Virus record (IMG/VR): IMGVR_UViG_3300008255_000275
Coordinates: 1 to 35,629 of that record
Origin: a virus
Lineage: Duplodnaviria > Caudoviricetes
Strand: one strand, 5' to 3'
Length of the DNA: 35,629 bases
Positions 27,934-35,551 of this stretch are shown piece after piece; the first letter of the stretch is position 1; each line of letters begins with the position of its first letter. Made by a program: the position numbers and the translations under genes. The notes below the pieces were generated by a model. The model searched no databases and was not told the DNA's origin. It was given only the letters and a program-made list of their open reading frames with translations.

Positions 27934-28293
27934 ATGGCCGAATATAAGCCTAAAACGGAATTGATGATAAAACAGAAAATCGAAGACATGATAGTCTACG
28001 GTAATATCTGCTTAAAGCAATTCCCAAAGGCAGAACGCTACGCTATGGCGGCTGATATTAGAAGGTGTATGTATACCCTTTTAGGCTTAGTCGTAGCAGC
28101 GAACAAAAGATACTATAAGAAAAATACGCTACAGGAAATAGACGTAGAATTAGATACACTAAGGACGTTTATACGCCTTGCAGCTAACAAAGATTTAAAG
28201 TACCTATCAGTCGAAAAGTACGGCAACTGGGCCGCCATGGTAGACGAAATAGGTAAAATGTTAGGCGGCTGGTTTAAGAGTATAAGCCAGTAG
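27934..28293 (+). CDS. avd: DGR accessory variability determinant (four-helix bundle)
   Basis: QFPKAERYAMAADIR, DVELDTLRTFIRLA, EIGKMLGGW; between VR and TR. Confidence 0.93.
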   Translation: MAEYKPKTELMIKQKIEDMIVYGNICLKQFPKAERYAMAADIRRCMYTLLGLVVAANKRYYKKNTLQEIDVELDTLRTFIRLAANKDLKYLSVEKYGNWAAMVDEIGKMLGGWFKSISQ

Positions 28294-28299
28294 CTTAAC

Positions 28300-28615
28300 G
28301 GGGGTACTTGTCATAAAAATTGAGGTTCTTCTATCGTGGTGGCAATTGGAATAACACTTCCAATGCTGGTGTCTTCTATGCGAATGGCAATAACCCGCGT
28401 TCGAATTCGAATGACAATATCGGGTTCCGCGTCGCTCTACCTGGCTTAGTCTTTAGTCTGTTTCTTACGGGAAACAACGCGTACACAGGTAAAGGGGCAA
28501 GTATCCCACCCTAACGGGTAAAAACAAAATATAGAACGGATACGGTTTAGTACACCTGGAATTAACCAAGTGGGCGAAACGCTGGAAGTAATTCCGAACG
28601 CCGTAAAACGGAAAG
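28300..28615 (+). ncRNA. DGR template RNA (TR plus structured flanks)
   Basis: Flanks 28301-28312 and 28496-28507 are complementary; several tetraloop hairpins in the TR-RT spacer; boundaries approximate. Confidence 0.65.
28323..28436 (+). repeat. DGR template repeat (TR)
   Basis: 10 in-frame AAY codons, 26 adenines; ends in GC-rich CGGGTTCCGCGTCGCT shared with the VR, then diverges (IMH* vs IMH). Confidence 0.97.
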
Positions 28616-28628
28616 GACATAAGAATAT

Positions 28629-29732
28629 ATGGCTAAAAGAGTAGGTAACCTGTACTATGAGAATTTAACCTACGAAAAGCTGTATTACGCATACCAAAAC
28701 GCCGCTAAAGGCAAAAGGTATCGCGCGGACGTCCTGGAATTTACAAACAACTTAGAAAGTAATCTGTTAGCCCTGTTAGATGAATTAAAAAACCATACTT
28801 ACGTAGTAGGTGCCTACAGGGAATTTTATGTATATGAACCTAAGAAGCGTCTGATAATGGCGCTTCCTTTTCGTGACAGGGTCGTACAGTGGTGGCTGTA
28901 TTCCATACTGTACCCTATCTTCGATAAGACCTTTATAGAAGATAGCTTCGCCTGTAGAAAAGGTAAAGGCGCTAAAGCAGCCGCGGACCGTATACAGTAC
29001 ATTCTACGAAAGCCAGAAGTAGTAAGCGGTAATAGTTACTTTTTAAAAATCGACATGGCGAAATACTTTTACCGTGTCGTACACGCTACACTACTGGAAG
29101 TCGTGGCACGTAAGATAAAAGACCGTAATATGATGTGGCTTTTACAGCTATTCATAGAGGGCGACGGTACACCCTTCGGCTTGACACTGTGTTACAACGT
29201 GGAAGACGCCGAACGTATCAACGACAGGGGTATGCCTATAGGAAATTTATCAAGCCAGTTAATGGCTAACGTCTATCTAAATGAGTTAGACCAATTTTGT
29301 AAGCACGTACTTAGGATACGTTACTACGTGCGTTATATGGACGATGTAATTATTATATCTGACAGTAAACAAGAACTACACGAAATACTAAGTCGTATAA
29401 CCGAATTCCTGGAAACGCGCCTACAGCTGGTACTAAATGATAAGACAGCAATAAGACCCGTAAGTATGGGGGTACAATTCGTAGGCCTTACCATATGGGC
29501 GACGCACCGAACCGTTAGGAAAACTACTTCCCTTCGTATTCGTAGGCGTTTAAAAATATCCGCTAAACGTTATAAGTTAGGAAAACTAAGCTACGAAAAG
29601 TATAACGCTACTTTACAATCGTACATGGGACTACTGAAATATAACGACTGCTACCGCTTTAAGACGCGCTACAGCGGACATACAAAATATGATTGCATGA
29701 AAAAGGGGGTAAAAATATGGAACCTACAGTAA
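28629..29732 (+). CDS. DGR reverse transcriptase
   Basis: EPKKRLIMALPFRDRVVQ, SFACRKGKG, LKIDMAKYF, GMPIGNLSSQ, YVRYMDD; 367 aa with no endonuclease domain. Confidence 0.96.
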   Translation: MAKRVGNLYYENLTYEKLYYAYQNAAKGKRYRADVLEFTNNLESNLLALLDELKNHTYVVGAYREFYVYEPKKRLIMALPFRDRVVQWWLYSILYPIFDKTFIEDSFACRKGKGAKAAADRIQYILRKPEVVSGNSYFLKIDMAKYFYRVVHATLLEVVARKIKDRNMMWLLQLFIEGDGTPFGLTLCYNVEDAERINDRGMPIGNLSSQLMANVYLNELDQFCKHVLRIRYYVRYMDDVIIISDSKQELHEILSRITEFLETRLQLVLNDKTAIRPVSMGVQFVGLTIWATHRTVRKTTSLRIRRRLKISAKRYKLGKLSYEKYNATLQSYMGLLKYNDCYRFKTRYSGHTKYDCMKKGVKIWNLQ

Positions 29733-30019
29733 TTGTAGCCGTAATATCGGTAGCTTCGGCTATAAGTGGAATTGTCTTAGGCTGGAAAGGCCACGCCAAC
29801 GAAGCCAAAAACCAAACTGAAAGACATACCACGCACGACACCAAACTAAGAACCGATATGGACTATCTAATCCGTGGTGTCGACGATATACGGCTGGAAC
29901 AAAAATCACAGGACCGAAAGCTTGATGATATTTGCGACAGGGTAACCAGGGTCGAAGAAAGCGCAAAGTCGGCGCATAAAAGAATTGACCGTATAGAAAA
30001 AACGGAAAGCGTGATTTAA
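29717..30019 (+). CDS. Lysis-cassette membrane protein (N-terminal TM plus coiled coil, XhlA/BhlA-like)
   Basis: AAGGGGGT RBS; TM then RVTRVEESAKSAHKRID; overlaps RT end by 16 nt. Confidence 0.7.
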   Translation: MEPTVIVAVISVASAISGIVLGWKGHANEAKNQTERHTTHDTKLRTDMDYLIRGVDDIRLEQKSQDRKLDDICDRVTRVEESAKSAHKRIDRIEKTESVI

Positions 30020-30303
30020 TGAAAAAGAAAAAATTTGAGTTTACAAAAACCATTGTAGCCTTAGTAATGACTACATACTTTATCGGTTTAGGTATCGGTA
30101 TTTATGTCGTACTTAGAATACTGACAGATTACCCGGACTTCGCCGTACAAGCCCTAATCGCTATGTTTTCGTATATCGGCGTCCCTGTAGCAAGTGCTAT
30201 AGGGTTTTACTGCTGGAAGGCTAAAAACGAAAATATGAATAAGCACGGCGGCGTAGACCAAACAGAAACAGACTTTACAAATAATCTTAATGAAGGGGTG
30301 TAA
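30019..30303 (+). CDS. Two-TM holin-like protein
   Basis: KKKFEFTK, two hydrophobic helices, FYCWKAKNEN. Confidence 0.65.
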   Translation: MKKKKFEFTKTIVALVMTTYFIGLGIGIYVVLRILTDYPDFAVQALIAMFSYIGVPVASAIGFYCWKAKNENMNKHGGVDQTETDFTNNLNEGV

Positions 30304-30306
30304 ACC

Positions 30307-30720
30307 ATGGAAAACAACACAGTAAGCGCACTAATAGCCGTAGCGCTATTTATCGAAGCACTTGTACAGGTTATTAAACCTATCTACAACGCAGAAGCTA
30401 AACGCTTTTCGCTTCCAGAAATCATATCCGTTACAGCTGGTATTATCGTAGCTGTAATCGGTAAGGTTAACCTGTTAAGTGGTCTAATCGTTACGGACAA
30501 CGTAATAGGGCTTTATATTCTCTATGCTCTATCTGGTATCGCCTTAGGGCGTGGTCCTTCCTTTGTACACGACCTATGGAATAAAGTTAAATTCACTAAC
30601 ATAGACGGCGCCACAAACGCCGCTACCTTAGCCGAACAGCTGGCCGCGATACTATCTAATATCTTCACCACCAAAACAGAACCAAAAGAAAGCACCGAAA
30701 ACGTCATAAAAGACGAATAA
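30307..30720 (+). CDS. Three-TM holin
   Basis: Three hydrophobic segments, SGIALGRGPSFVHDL; directly before endolysin. Confidence 0.7.
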   Translation: MENNTVSALIAVALFIEALVQVIKPIYNAEAKRFSLPEIISVTAGIIVAVIGKVNLLSGLIVTDNVIGLYILYALSGIALGRGPSFVHDLWNKVKFTNIDGATNAATLAEQLAAILSNIFTTKTEPKESTENVIKDE

Positions 30721-30736
30721 GAAAGGGGTTTTTACA

Positions 30737-31792
30737 ATGAAACTAACAACTTTACTATTAACCAATAACGACTGTTACAAGTCTGGAAGAAGGCATACCG
30801 TAAAAGGTATCATGTGGCACAGTACCGGGGCGAATAACCCCAACCTTAGCCGCTACGTTGGACCAGACGACGGAGTATTAGGACCTAATAGAAATAATAA
30901 TCACTGGAATACACCAAAGCCCGGCGGTATTAGTGTATGTGTACACGCTTTTATAGGCCTTGACAAGAACGGCGTAGTACGTACCTATCAGACTTTACCC
31001 TGGGACATAGTAGGCTGGCACAGTGGCAGCGGTTCGTTAGGTTCTTCCAGGAACGCTAACAATAACGGCTATATCGGCTTCGAAATCTGCGAAGACGGAT
31101 TAAACGACGCTAACTACTTTAACAAGGTATACCAGGAAGCTATCGACCTTAGCGTATATCTTTGTAAGAAGTATGGACTTACTGAAAAAGATATTATATG
31201 TCACAGTGAAGGTAACAAGCTGGGCGTAGCAAGTAACCACGCCGACGTTATGCACTGGTTCCCAAGACACGGTAAAAGTATGGATACCGTAAGGGCGGAC
31301 GTTAAAAAAGCCCTTAACGCTGGAAGTACCGAACCTGTAAAACCTACTACACCTACGCAACCTTCCAGCGGTTCCGTAAAGGTCGGCGACATAGTTACTT
31401 TTAAAGGTGGCCCAGTGTACAAGTCGTCCAGCGCTTCTACAGCTGCTACGACTAAAGGCGCCAGCACTTGTAAGGTTACTTCCACCTACAACGGAAAACA
31501 CCCCTACCACCTGGTTAGCCAGGACGGTAAAGGTGTATACGGCTGGGTGGACGCTGATAGTATCGGCGCAGCTACGAAAGCTTCGGCCTACGTGGTACGT
31601 GTCGATATTAAAGACCTTCGTATCCGTAAAGGCCCCGGAACGAATTACGGCAGCGCTGGCTACACTGGCGCGGGTTCCTTCACTATCGTAGAAGAAGCCA
31701 ACGGACCAGGCGCTACTAAGTGGGGACTTCTAAAGTCCTACCAAAACAAGCGCGACGGCTGGGTTAGCCTTGACTTCGCTAAAAAGATATAA
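30737..31792 (+). CDS. Endolysin: N-acetylmuramoyl-L-alanine amidase (Amidase_2) with two SH3-like C-terminal domains
   Basis: HSTGANNP, VHAFIG, GWHSG, IGFEICED, ICHSEG, SNHAD; LRIRKGPGTNY...GWVSLD. Confidence 0.92.
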   Translation: MKLTTLLLTNNDCYKSGRRHTVKGIMWHSTGANNPNLSRYVGPDDGVLGPNRNNNHWNTPKPGGISVCVHAFIGLDKNGVVRTYQTLPWDIVGWHSGSGSLGSSRNANNNGYIGFEICEDGLNDANYFNKVYQEAIDLSVYLCKKYGLTEKDIICHSEGNKLGVASNHADVMHWFPRHGKSMDTVRADVKKALNAGSTEPVKPTTPTQPSSGSVKVGDIVTFKGGPVYKSSSASTAATTKGASTCKVTSTYNGKHPYHLVSQDGKGVYGWVDADSIGAATKASAYVVRVDIKDLRIRKGPGTNYGSAGYTGAGSFTIVEEANGPGATKWGLLKSYQNKRDGWVSLDFAKKI

Positions 31793-31803
31793 ATACCTTC
31801 TAT

Positions 31804-31838
31804 CCCCTATGCTTCGGCGTAGGGGCTTCTTTTTATTT
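31804..31838 (+). terminator. Late-operon terminator
   Basis: CCCCTATGC-TTCG-GCGTAGGGG then CTTCTTTTTATTT. Confidence 0.85.
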
Positions 31839-31852
31839 GCCTAAAATTAAAA

Positions 31853-31932
31853 TTGTCTTAAAGTAAATTAAAATTATTTATTTGTCCTATTGACAACTAA
31901 TTTTATTTGTAGTACACTTGTCATACAGACAA
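31853..31932 (+). promoter_or_regulatory. SigA promoter with three operators
   Basis: TTGACA(31890)-N17-TACACT(31913); dyads at 31853 (TTGTC-N5-GTAAA), 31882 and 31918 (TTGTC-N5-GACAA). Confidence 0.8.
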
Positions 31933-31982
31933 CAAAGTATATAAAAATTAACTTAAAGACATATAGAAAGGTGGTTCTTAAT

Positions 31983-32345
31983 ATGTATAACAAACATAAG
32001 AACGTAAAAGTAATGTTCCAGGCAATCATAGACAATTCCCTTTGTGTACAGTACAACACAGCAAAGAAGCGGGACGCTTTCGTAAAGCTGGTAGCGAATA
32101 CCAAAAACCACAAAGTAACGTGCGTTTCCAGTGTGGCGTATCCATGGAACCCAGACGAAGGCCTACACGGTCTTAAAAGCCCGGAAGACTTCGCTAAGCT
32201 GATTGGTACTACCGTAGAGAAGATACACAGGGCAATTAAAAACGGATACTTGCAAACAGAGCGCTTAGGGAATGAACGGTATATCGTTAGCAACAACGGA
32301 ACATACGTAATCAAAGGTATACATTACGATATAGACGAGAAGTAA
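31983..32345 (+). CDS. Excisionase-like (HTH_17/MerR-type) DNA-binding protein
   Basis: LKSPEDFAKLIGTTVEKIHRAIKNGYLQTERLGNERYIV; ATG 31983 after AGAAAGGTGG. Confidence 0.6.
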   Translation: MYNKHKNVKVMFQAIIDNSLCVQYNTAKKRDAFVKLVANTKNHKVTCVSSVAYPWNPDEGLHGLKSPEDFAKLIGTTVEKIHRAIKNGYLQTERLGNERYIVSNNGTYVIKGIHYDIDEK

Positions 32346-32404
32346 CGAAAAATTATGCCGACACCTGGGGCGGCTATTCCCCCAGGTAGAAAGGAAGTGT
32401 AGTT

Positions 32405-32608
32405 ATGGAAAACTTTAAATACTACGTCGAACAACAGTATTTCAATACTGGCAAGACAAGAACCAGAATTCTTACAGCTGAACAGGCTAAAGAATTAGGC
32501 TACTACCATGGATATATGAACGAAGGTAAAATATGCGACCTTTACGTAGATGGCTGTAAGACATTACAGGACGCCGAAACACTTTGTAACGACGTCGCTA
32601 ACTGTTAG
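32405..32608 (+). CDS. Hypothetical protein
   Basis: AAAGGAAG RBS, 67 aa. Confidence 0.7.
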   Translation: MENFKYYVEQQYFNTGKTRTRILTAEQAKELGYYHGYMNEGKICDLYVDGCKTLQDAETLCNDVANC

Positions 32609-32619
32609 GGGGTGTCACT

Positions 32620-32823
32620 ATGAAGACCTTAAAGCTATCTGGTAAGAACCACGCTTATATAACAGCGCTGGCCGTAATTAAGCATAGCGGAAACGCTGAC
32701 GAAGCAGTAACCGAATTAATAAAGGCTTATGAAGAAAATAACCCAGCTGTAGCCGCTGACGTTCTGAACTATCTACAGCTACAGAAAACAATTATAGACG
32801 AAAAACTTAAATACGAAAGGTAG
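32620..32823 (+). CDS. Hypothetical protein
   Basis: AGGGGGTG RBS, 67 aa helical. Confidence 0.7.
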   Translation: MKTLKLSGKNHAYITALAVIKHSGNADEAVTELIKAYEENNPAVAADVLNYLQLQKTIIDEKLKYER

Positions 32824-32835
32824 GTAATAAAGCAA

Positions 32836-34173
32836 ATGGCAAAGAAAAAGACTACAAGACGTGGGAACGGTGAAGGTAGTATCTACGAACGTAAAAAAGG
32901 ACAATGGGCCGCCGTGGTTACTAACGGCGTGGACCCTAAGACAGGAAAAGCGAAACGTAAATTTTACTATGGAAAGACCAGGTCGGAAGTCGCCGACAAG
33001 CTTAGAGAAGCACAGAACCAGCAAGCCGCGGGCGGAATTACTGACCCCGGTAAAATCACAGTCGGCGAATGGCTTAACCTATGGCTTGAAAACTATGTAA
33101 GGCCAAATATTAGACAGTCCACTTATGAGAGTTACAGGATACAAATAGATAGTCATATCATACCGAACCTGGGCGGCATACTGTTAAAGAAGCTTACGAC
33201 GACTAATACACAAATGTTTTTTAAGGATATGCTGGAAAATGGTAATCAGATACGCGTTAAGAATAAAGAAACCGACGAAATGGAACCAAAGGGCGGCGGG
33301 CTTTCCCCTTCTACCCTGGTATGTATTCGTAATATCCTAAAGGCCGCTATGGAACAGGCGACCATGGAACGCAAGATACCAATTAACCCGGTTAAAGCTA
33401 CCAAAGCCCCTAAAGTTGAAAAACGGGAAATGTCGGTACTGGACCAGGACGAAATAGCGCAGTTTTTAAACGCAACCCAACACTATAGGTATTACGCCGC
33501 ATATGTTACCACCCTTTCGACTGGCATTAGACGCGGCGAAGTTTTAGGCTTAGCCTGGTCTAACGCTAATATAGGGATACCGTGGGAAACCTTAGATAAG
33601 GCTTTACCATGGGAACGTATAGGAAGGTTAAAGCTGTGGGATACTGAAGCTATGGACGCGCTTTTAGAAGAACTTCATATAGCGTTAGGCGATACGTCTA
33701 TAAAAATCGACCAACAGCTTAGCGACAATAAAGCGGGTCCCAGCCTGGAAGAACCTAAGACGGCTTTATCTAAAAGAACCATAGACATACCTTACGACAC
33801 AGCGCTTACGCTTATCTTCCAAAGGTACCTACAGCGTAAGGAAAGGTTAGAAGCTGAAAGCGATTATAATACCGACGACCTGGTATTCTGTACCAGCAAC
33901 GGGCAGCCCGTACCCCCAAGAACATTTACAAGGATATTCCAGGGAGCATTAAAGCACGCTGGCGTTAAAAAGGTCCGCTTCCATGACCTAAGACATACGG
34001 TAGCCACTGTACTACTGGAAGATGGAACGGCGCTTAATACGGTACAGGAATTACTGGGACATTACGACCCGGCTTTCACAGCTACGCAGTACGGCCATGT
34101 TACTAAGAAAATGAGAAGCGAAGCTACAGAAAAATTAGGCGGTATGCTACAAGCTGCTAAGAATAAATTTTAG
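32836..34173 (+). CDS. int: Tyrosine integrase
   Basis: RRGNGEGSIY arm-binding N-terminus, TGIRRGE, PKT, FHDLRH, LLGH, catalytic Y in TATQYGHV. Confidence 0.95.
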   Translation: MAKKKTTRRGNGEGSIYERKKGQWAAVVTNGVDPKTGKAKRKFYYGKTRSEVADKLREAQNQQAAGGITDPGKITVGEWLNLWLENYVRPNIRQSTYESYRIQIDSHIIPNLGGILLKKLTTTNTQMFFKDMLENGNQIRVKNKETDEMEPKGGGLSPSTLVCIRNILKAAMEQATMERKIPINPVKATKAPKVEKREMSVLDQDEIAQFLNATQHYRYYAAYVTTLSTGIRRGEVLGLAWSNANIGIPWETLDKALPWERIGRLKLWDTEAMDALLEELHIALGDTSIKIDQQLSDNKAGPSLEEPKTALSKRTIDIPYDTALTLIFQRYLQRKERLEAESDYNTDDLVFCTSNGQPVPPRTFTRIFQGALKHAGVKKVRFHDLRHTVATVLLEDGTALNTVQELLGHYDPAFTATQYGHVTKKMRSEATEKLGGMLQAAKNKF

Positions 34174-34224
34174 TTTACTTGTAGACAACTTGAAAAATTT
34201 AAAGTATAATTGTCTAACAGTAAA
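34174..34224 (+). promoter_or_regulatory. Repressor promoter with two degenerate operators
   Basis: TAGACA(34182)-N17-TATAAT(34205); TTTAC-N5-GACAA 34174-34188 and TTGTC-N5-GTAAA 34210-34224. Confidence 0.75.
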
Positions 34225-34248
34225 TTAGAATGAAGGGCGGGAAAAGTA

Positions 34249-34608
34249 TTGATAGGTAAAAACGTTAAGCTATTAAGAGAGATACGCGGGCTAAGCCAAA
34301 AGGAATTAGCGGAACTGGTAGAAGCTTCTACCGGGACCTTGTCCCATATAGAAAACAATTCAAGACAGCCCAGCCTGGAAATGATATATAAAATAGCTGA
34401 CGCGCTTAACGTTTCCGTCCTTAATCTACTTTTAGACGAAAAAGAAATTAACCGCTTCTACCATGATGATATTATACAGTCGTACTACCCAGGAAGTATT
34501 AGGCTAAAGGAAATACTAAACCAGATAATCGAAAATAATATAGTCTGGAATGGTACTAAGCGGGTCGCAATAGTGGACCTGGACGAACTGGAAAAGCCGA
34601 AAAAGTAA
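34249..34608 (+). CDS. XRE-family HTH repressor
   Basis: IGKNVKLLREIRGLSQKELAE...SHIENNSRQPSLEMIYKIADALNV; TTG start; no S24 protease domain. Confidence 0.88.
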   Translation: MIGKNVKLLREIRGLSQKELAELVEASTGTLSHIENNSRQPSLEMIYKIADALNVSVLNLLLDEKEINRFYHDDIIQSYYPGSIRLKEILNQIIENNIVWNGTKRVAIVDLDELEKPKK

Positions 34609-34615
34609 AAACATT

Positions 34616-34661
34616 CCCCAGGTGCTAACCGTAGTATATAAGTAGTACCTGGGGTATTTTT
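34616..34661 (+). terminator. Terminator after repressor
   Basis: CCCCAGGTGCTA...TAGTACCTGGGG (one G-U) then TATTTTT. Confidence 0.65.
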
Positions 34662-34896
34662 GTCTAAAACGTAGTATACCGAAAACCCAGTAACGATAAG
34701 GGCTAAGACGTTGTTTTTATCTTCCTTTATCTATGGTATGTAACTTTCTTATTAAAACTATCGTAAGAACCGCGCAAAAGTGGCTTAAATGCTGTGTTTA
34801 CGCGGTTTTCTTTGTTTTGTTAGTTGCTCGTTTTTACTCTATTTTACTTGATTTTAATTACAGTTTATCGGGGCTTCGTAGTATCAAAAGTAGTAA
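34630..34896. other. Candidate attP region
   Basis: Non-coding, next to int/repressor; GTAGTA direct repeats at 34631, 34642, 34671 and 34878, 34890 flank a central segment. Confidence 0.5.
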
Positions 34897-34934
34897 ACTA
34901 TGAATTCAATAACGGGAACCGTAAACCATAAAAA

Positions 34935-35142
34935 CTACAGCTTTAAAAGCTTCATAGTACATATAATGTACTAACTATTAAGACTATATACTACTAACTA
35001 TATATAATATATTATTTAAGTTTTATATATTATATAATATAATTGGTTTAGAATTTTTTAGGGGGTATACAGTTTTCACATTCATTAAATGAAAGTCACT
35101 AACTACTACCCCCTTCTAAACTTTTTGATTTTATATATTTTT
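34935..35142. repeat. Copy 2 of degenerate non-coding element
   Basis: CTACAGCTTTAA 34935, AT tract, GGGGGTA 35061, TACCCCC 35107, TTTATATATTTTT 35130. Confidence 0.75.
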
Positions 35143-35203
35143 AATGGCTGTAGAGCGCAAACCCGAAAGGATGTTTATGGGCGTCTTTGTATCCATCAGC
35201 CCG

Positions 35204-35485
35204 TTATATTAAGTCTTCGTAGTGAATTTTACCACTTACGCCACGCTGTAAGCAAAACTCCCTATAATCTTTTAAACGCTGTAGGGCGTCCTGGTATCCT
35301 TTCTGGCGTTCTTCGTTATTCCCATGTAGGTATAACCTAAACGCTTGACATACCATAAGACTTAGGTCGCTTAGTTGTTGTCCGTATTCTGCTTGAAATT
35401 CTCCCGATAATACAATTCGTTCCCCTTTATTCGCGCTTCTTTCATTTTCCACCGTCCACCATGGTGGTCTTATCTCTGTTTTCAT
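35204..35485 (-). CDS. 93-aa hypothetical protein, the only convincing minus-strand gene
   Basis: GAAAGGAAA RBS before ATG (MKTEIRPPWW...), own promoter upstream. Confidence 0.7.
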   Translation of the reverse strand: MKTEIRPPWWTVENERSANKGERIVLSGEFQAEYGQQLSDLSLMVCQAFRLYLHGNNEERQKGYQDALQRLKDYREFCLQRGVSGKIHYEDLI

Positions 35486-35509
35486 ATAAATATTTCCTTT
35501 CTTTTTATA

Positions 35510-35551
35510 TTGTCTGTACGACAATTATATCACGTCTTAGGTGGAATACAA
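35510..35551 (-). promoter_or_regulatory. Leftward promoter with operator
   Basis: Minus strand TTGTAT-N16-TATAAT with extended TG; perfect dyad TTGTCTGTACGACAA at 35510-35524. Confidence 0.7.

Larger units (their letters stand above)
26798..29732 (+). mobile_element. Complete diversity-generating retroelement cassette (target-VR, avd, TR, RT)
   Basis: Same gene order as the Bordetella phage BPP-1 DGR; adenine-specific VR/TR differences. Confidence 0.96.

Noticed and set aside
28320-28514. 64-aa ORF resembling the target C-terminus
   Set aside because: It is the TR read in frame; TRs are open by construction and act as RNA templates, and there is no well-spaced RBS.
28629-29732. Group II intron, retron or Abi-type RT
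   Set aside because: No endonuclease domain or interrupted gene; adjacent avd and adenine-specific TR/VR pair identify a DGR.
31890-31982. Long N-terminus from TTG at 31890 (similarly starts at 3560, 6069, 13138, 29693 and 35524)
   Set aside because: These upstream starts overlap promoters, RBSs or other genes; downstream starts have properly spaced RBSs.
146-34358. Other minus-strand and alternate-frame ORFs in the track
   Set aside because: They overlap well-supported + strand genes or regulatory regions and lack RBSs or recognisable motifs.
35146-35203. Hammerhead ribozyme or c-di-GMP riboswitch
   Set aside because: Minus strand has CTGATGG rather than CTGATGA with no correctly placed GAAA core; GCAAACCCGAAAGG lacks the rest of the c-di-GMP-I consensus.
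35089-35340. 83-aa + strand ORF
   Set aside because: Starts inside the non-coding repeat, no RBS, overlaps the better-supported minus-strand gene.
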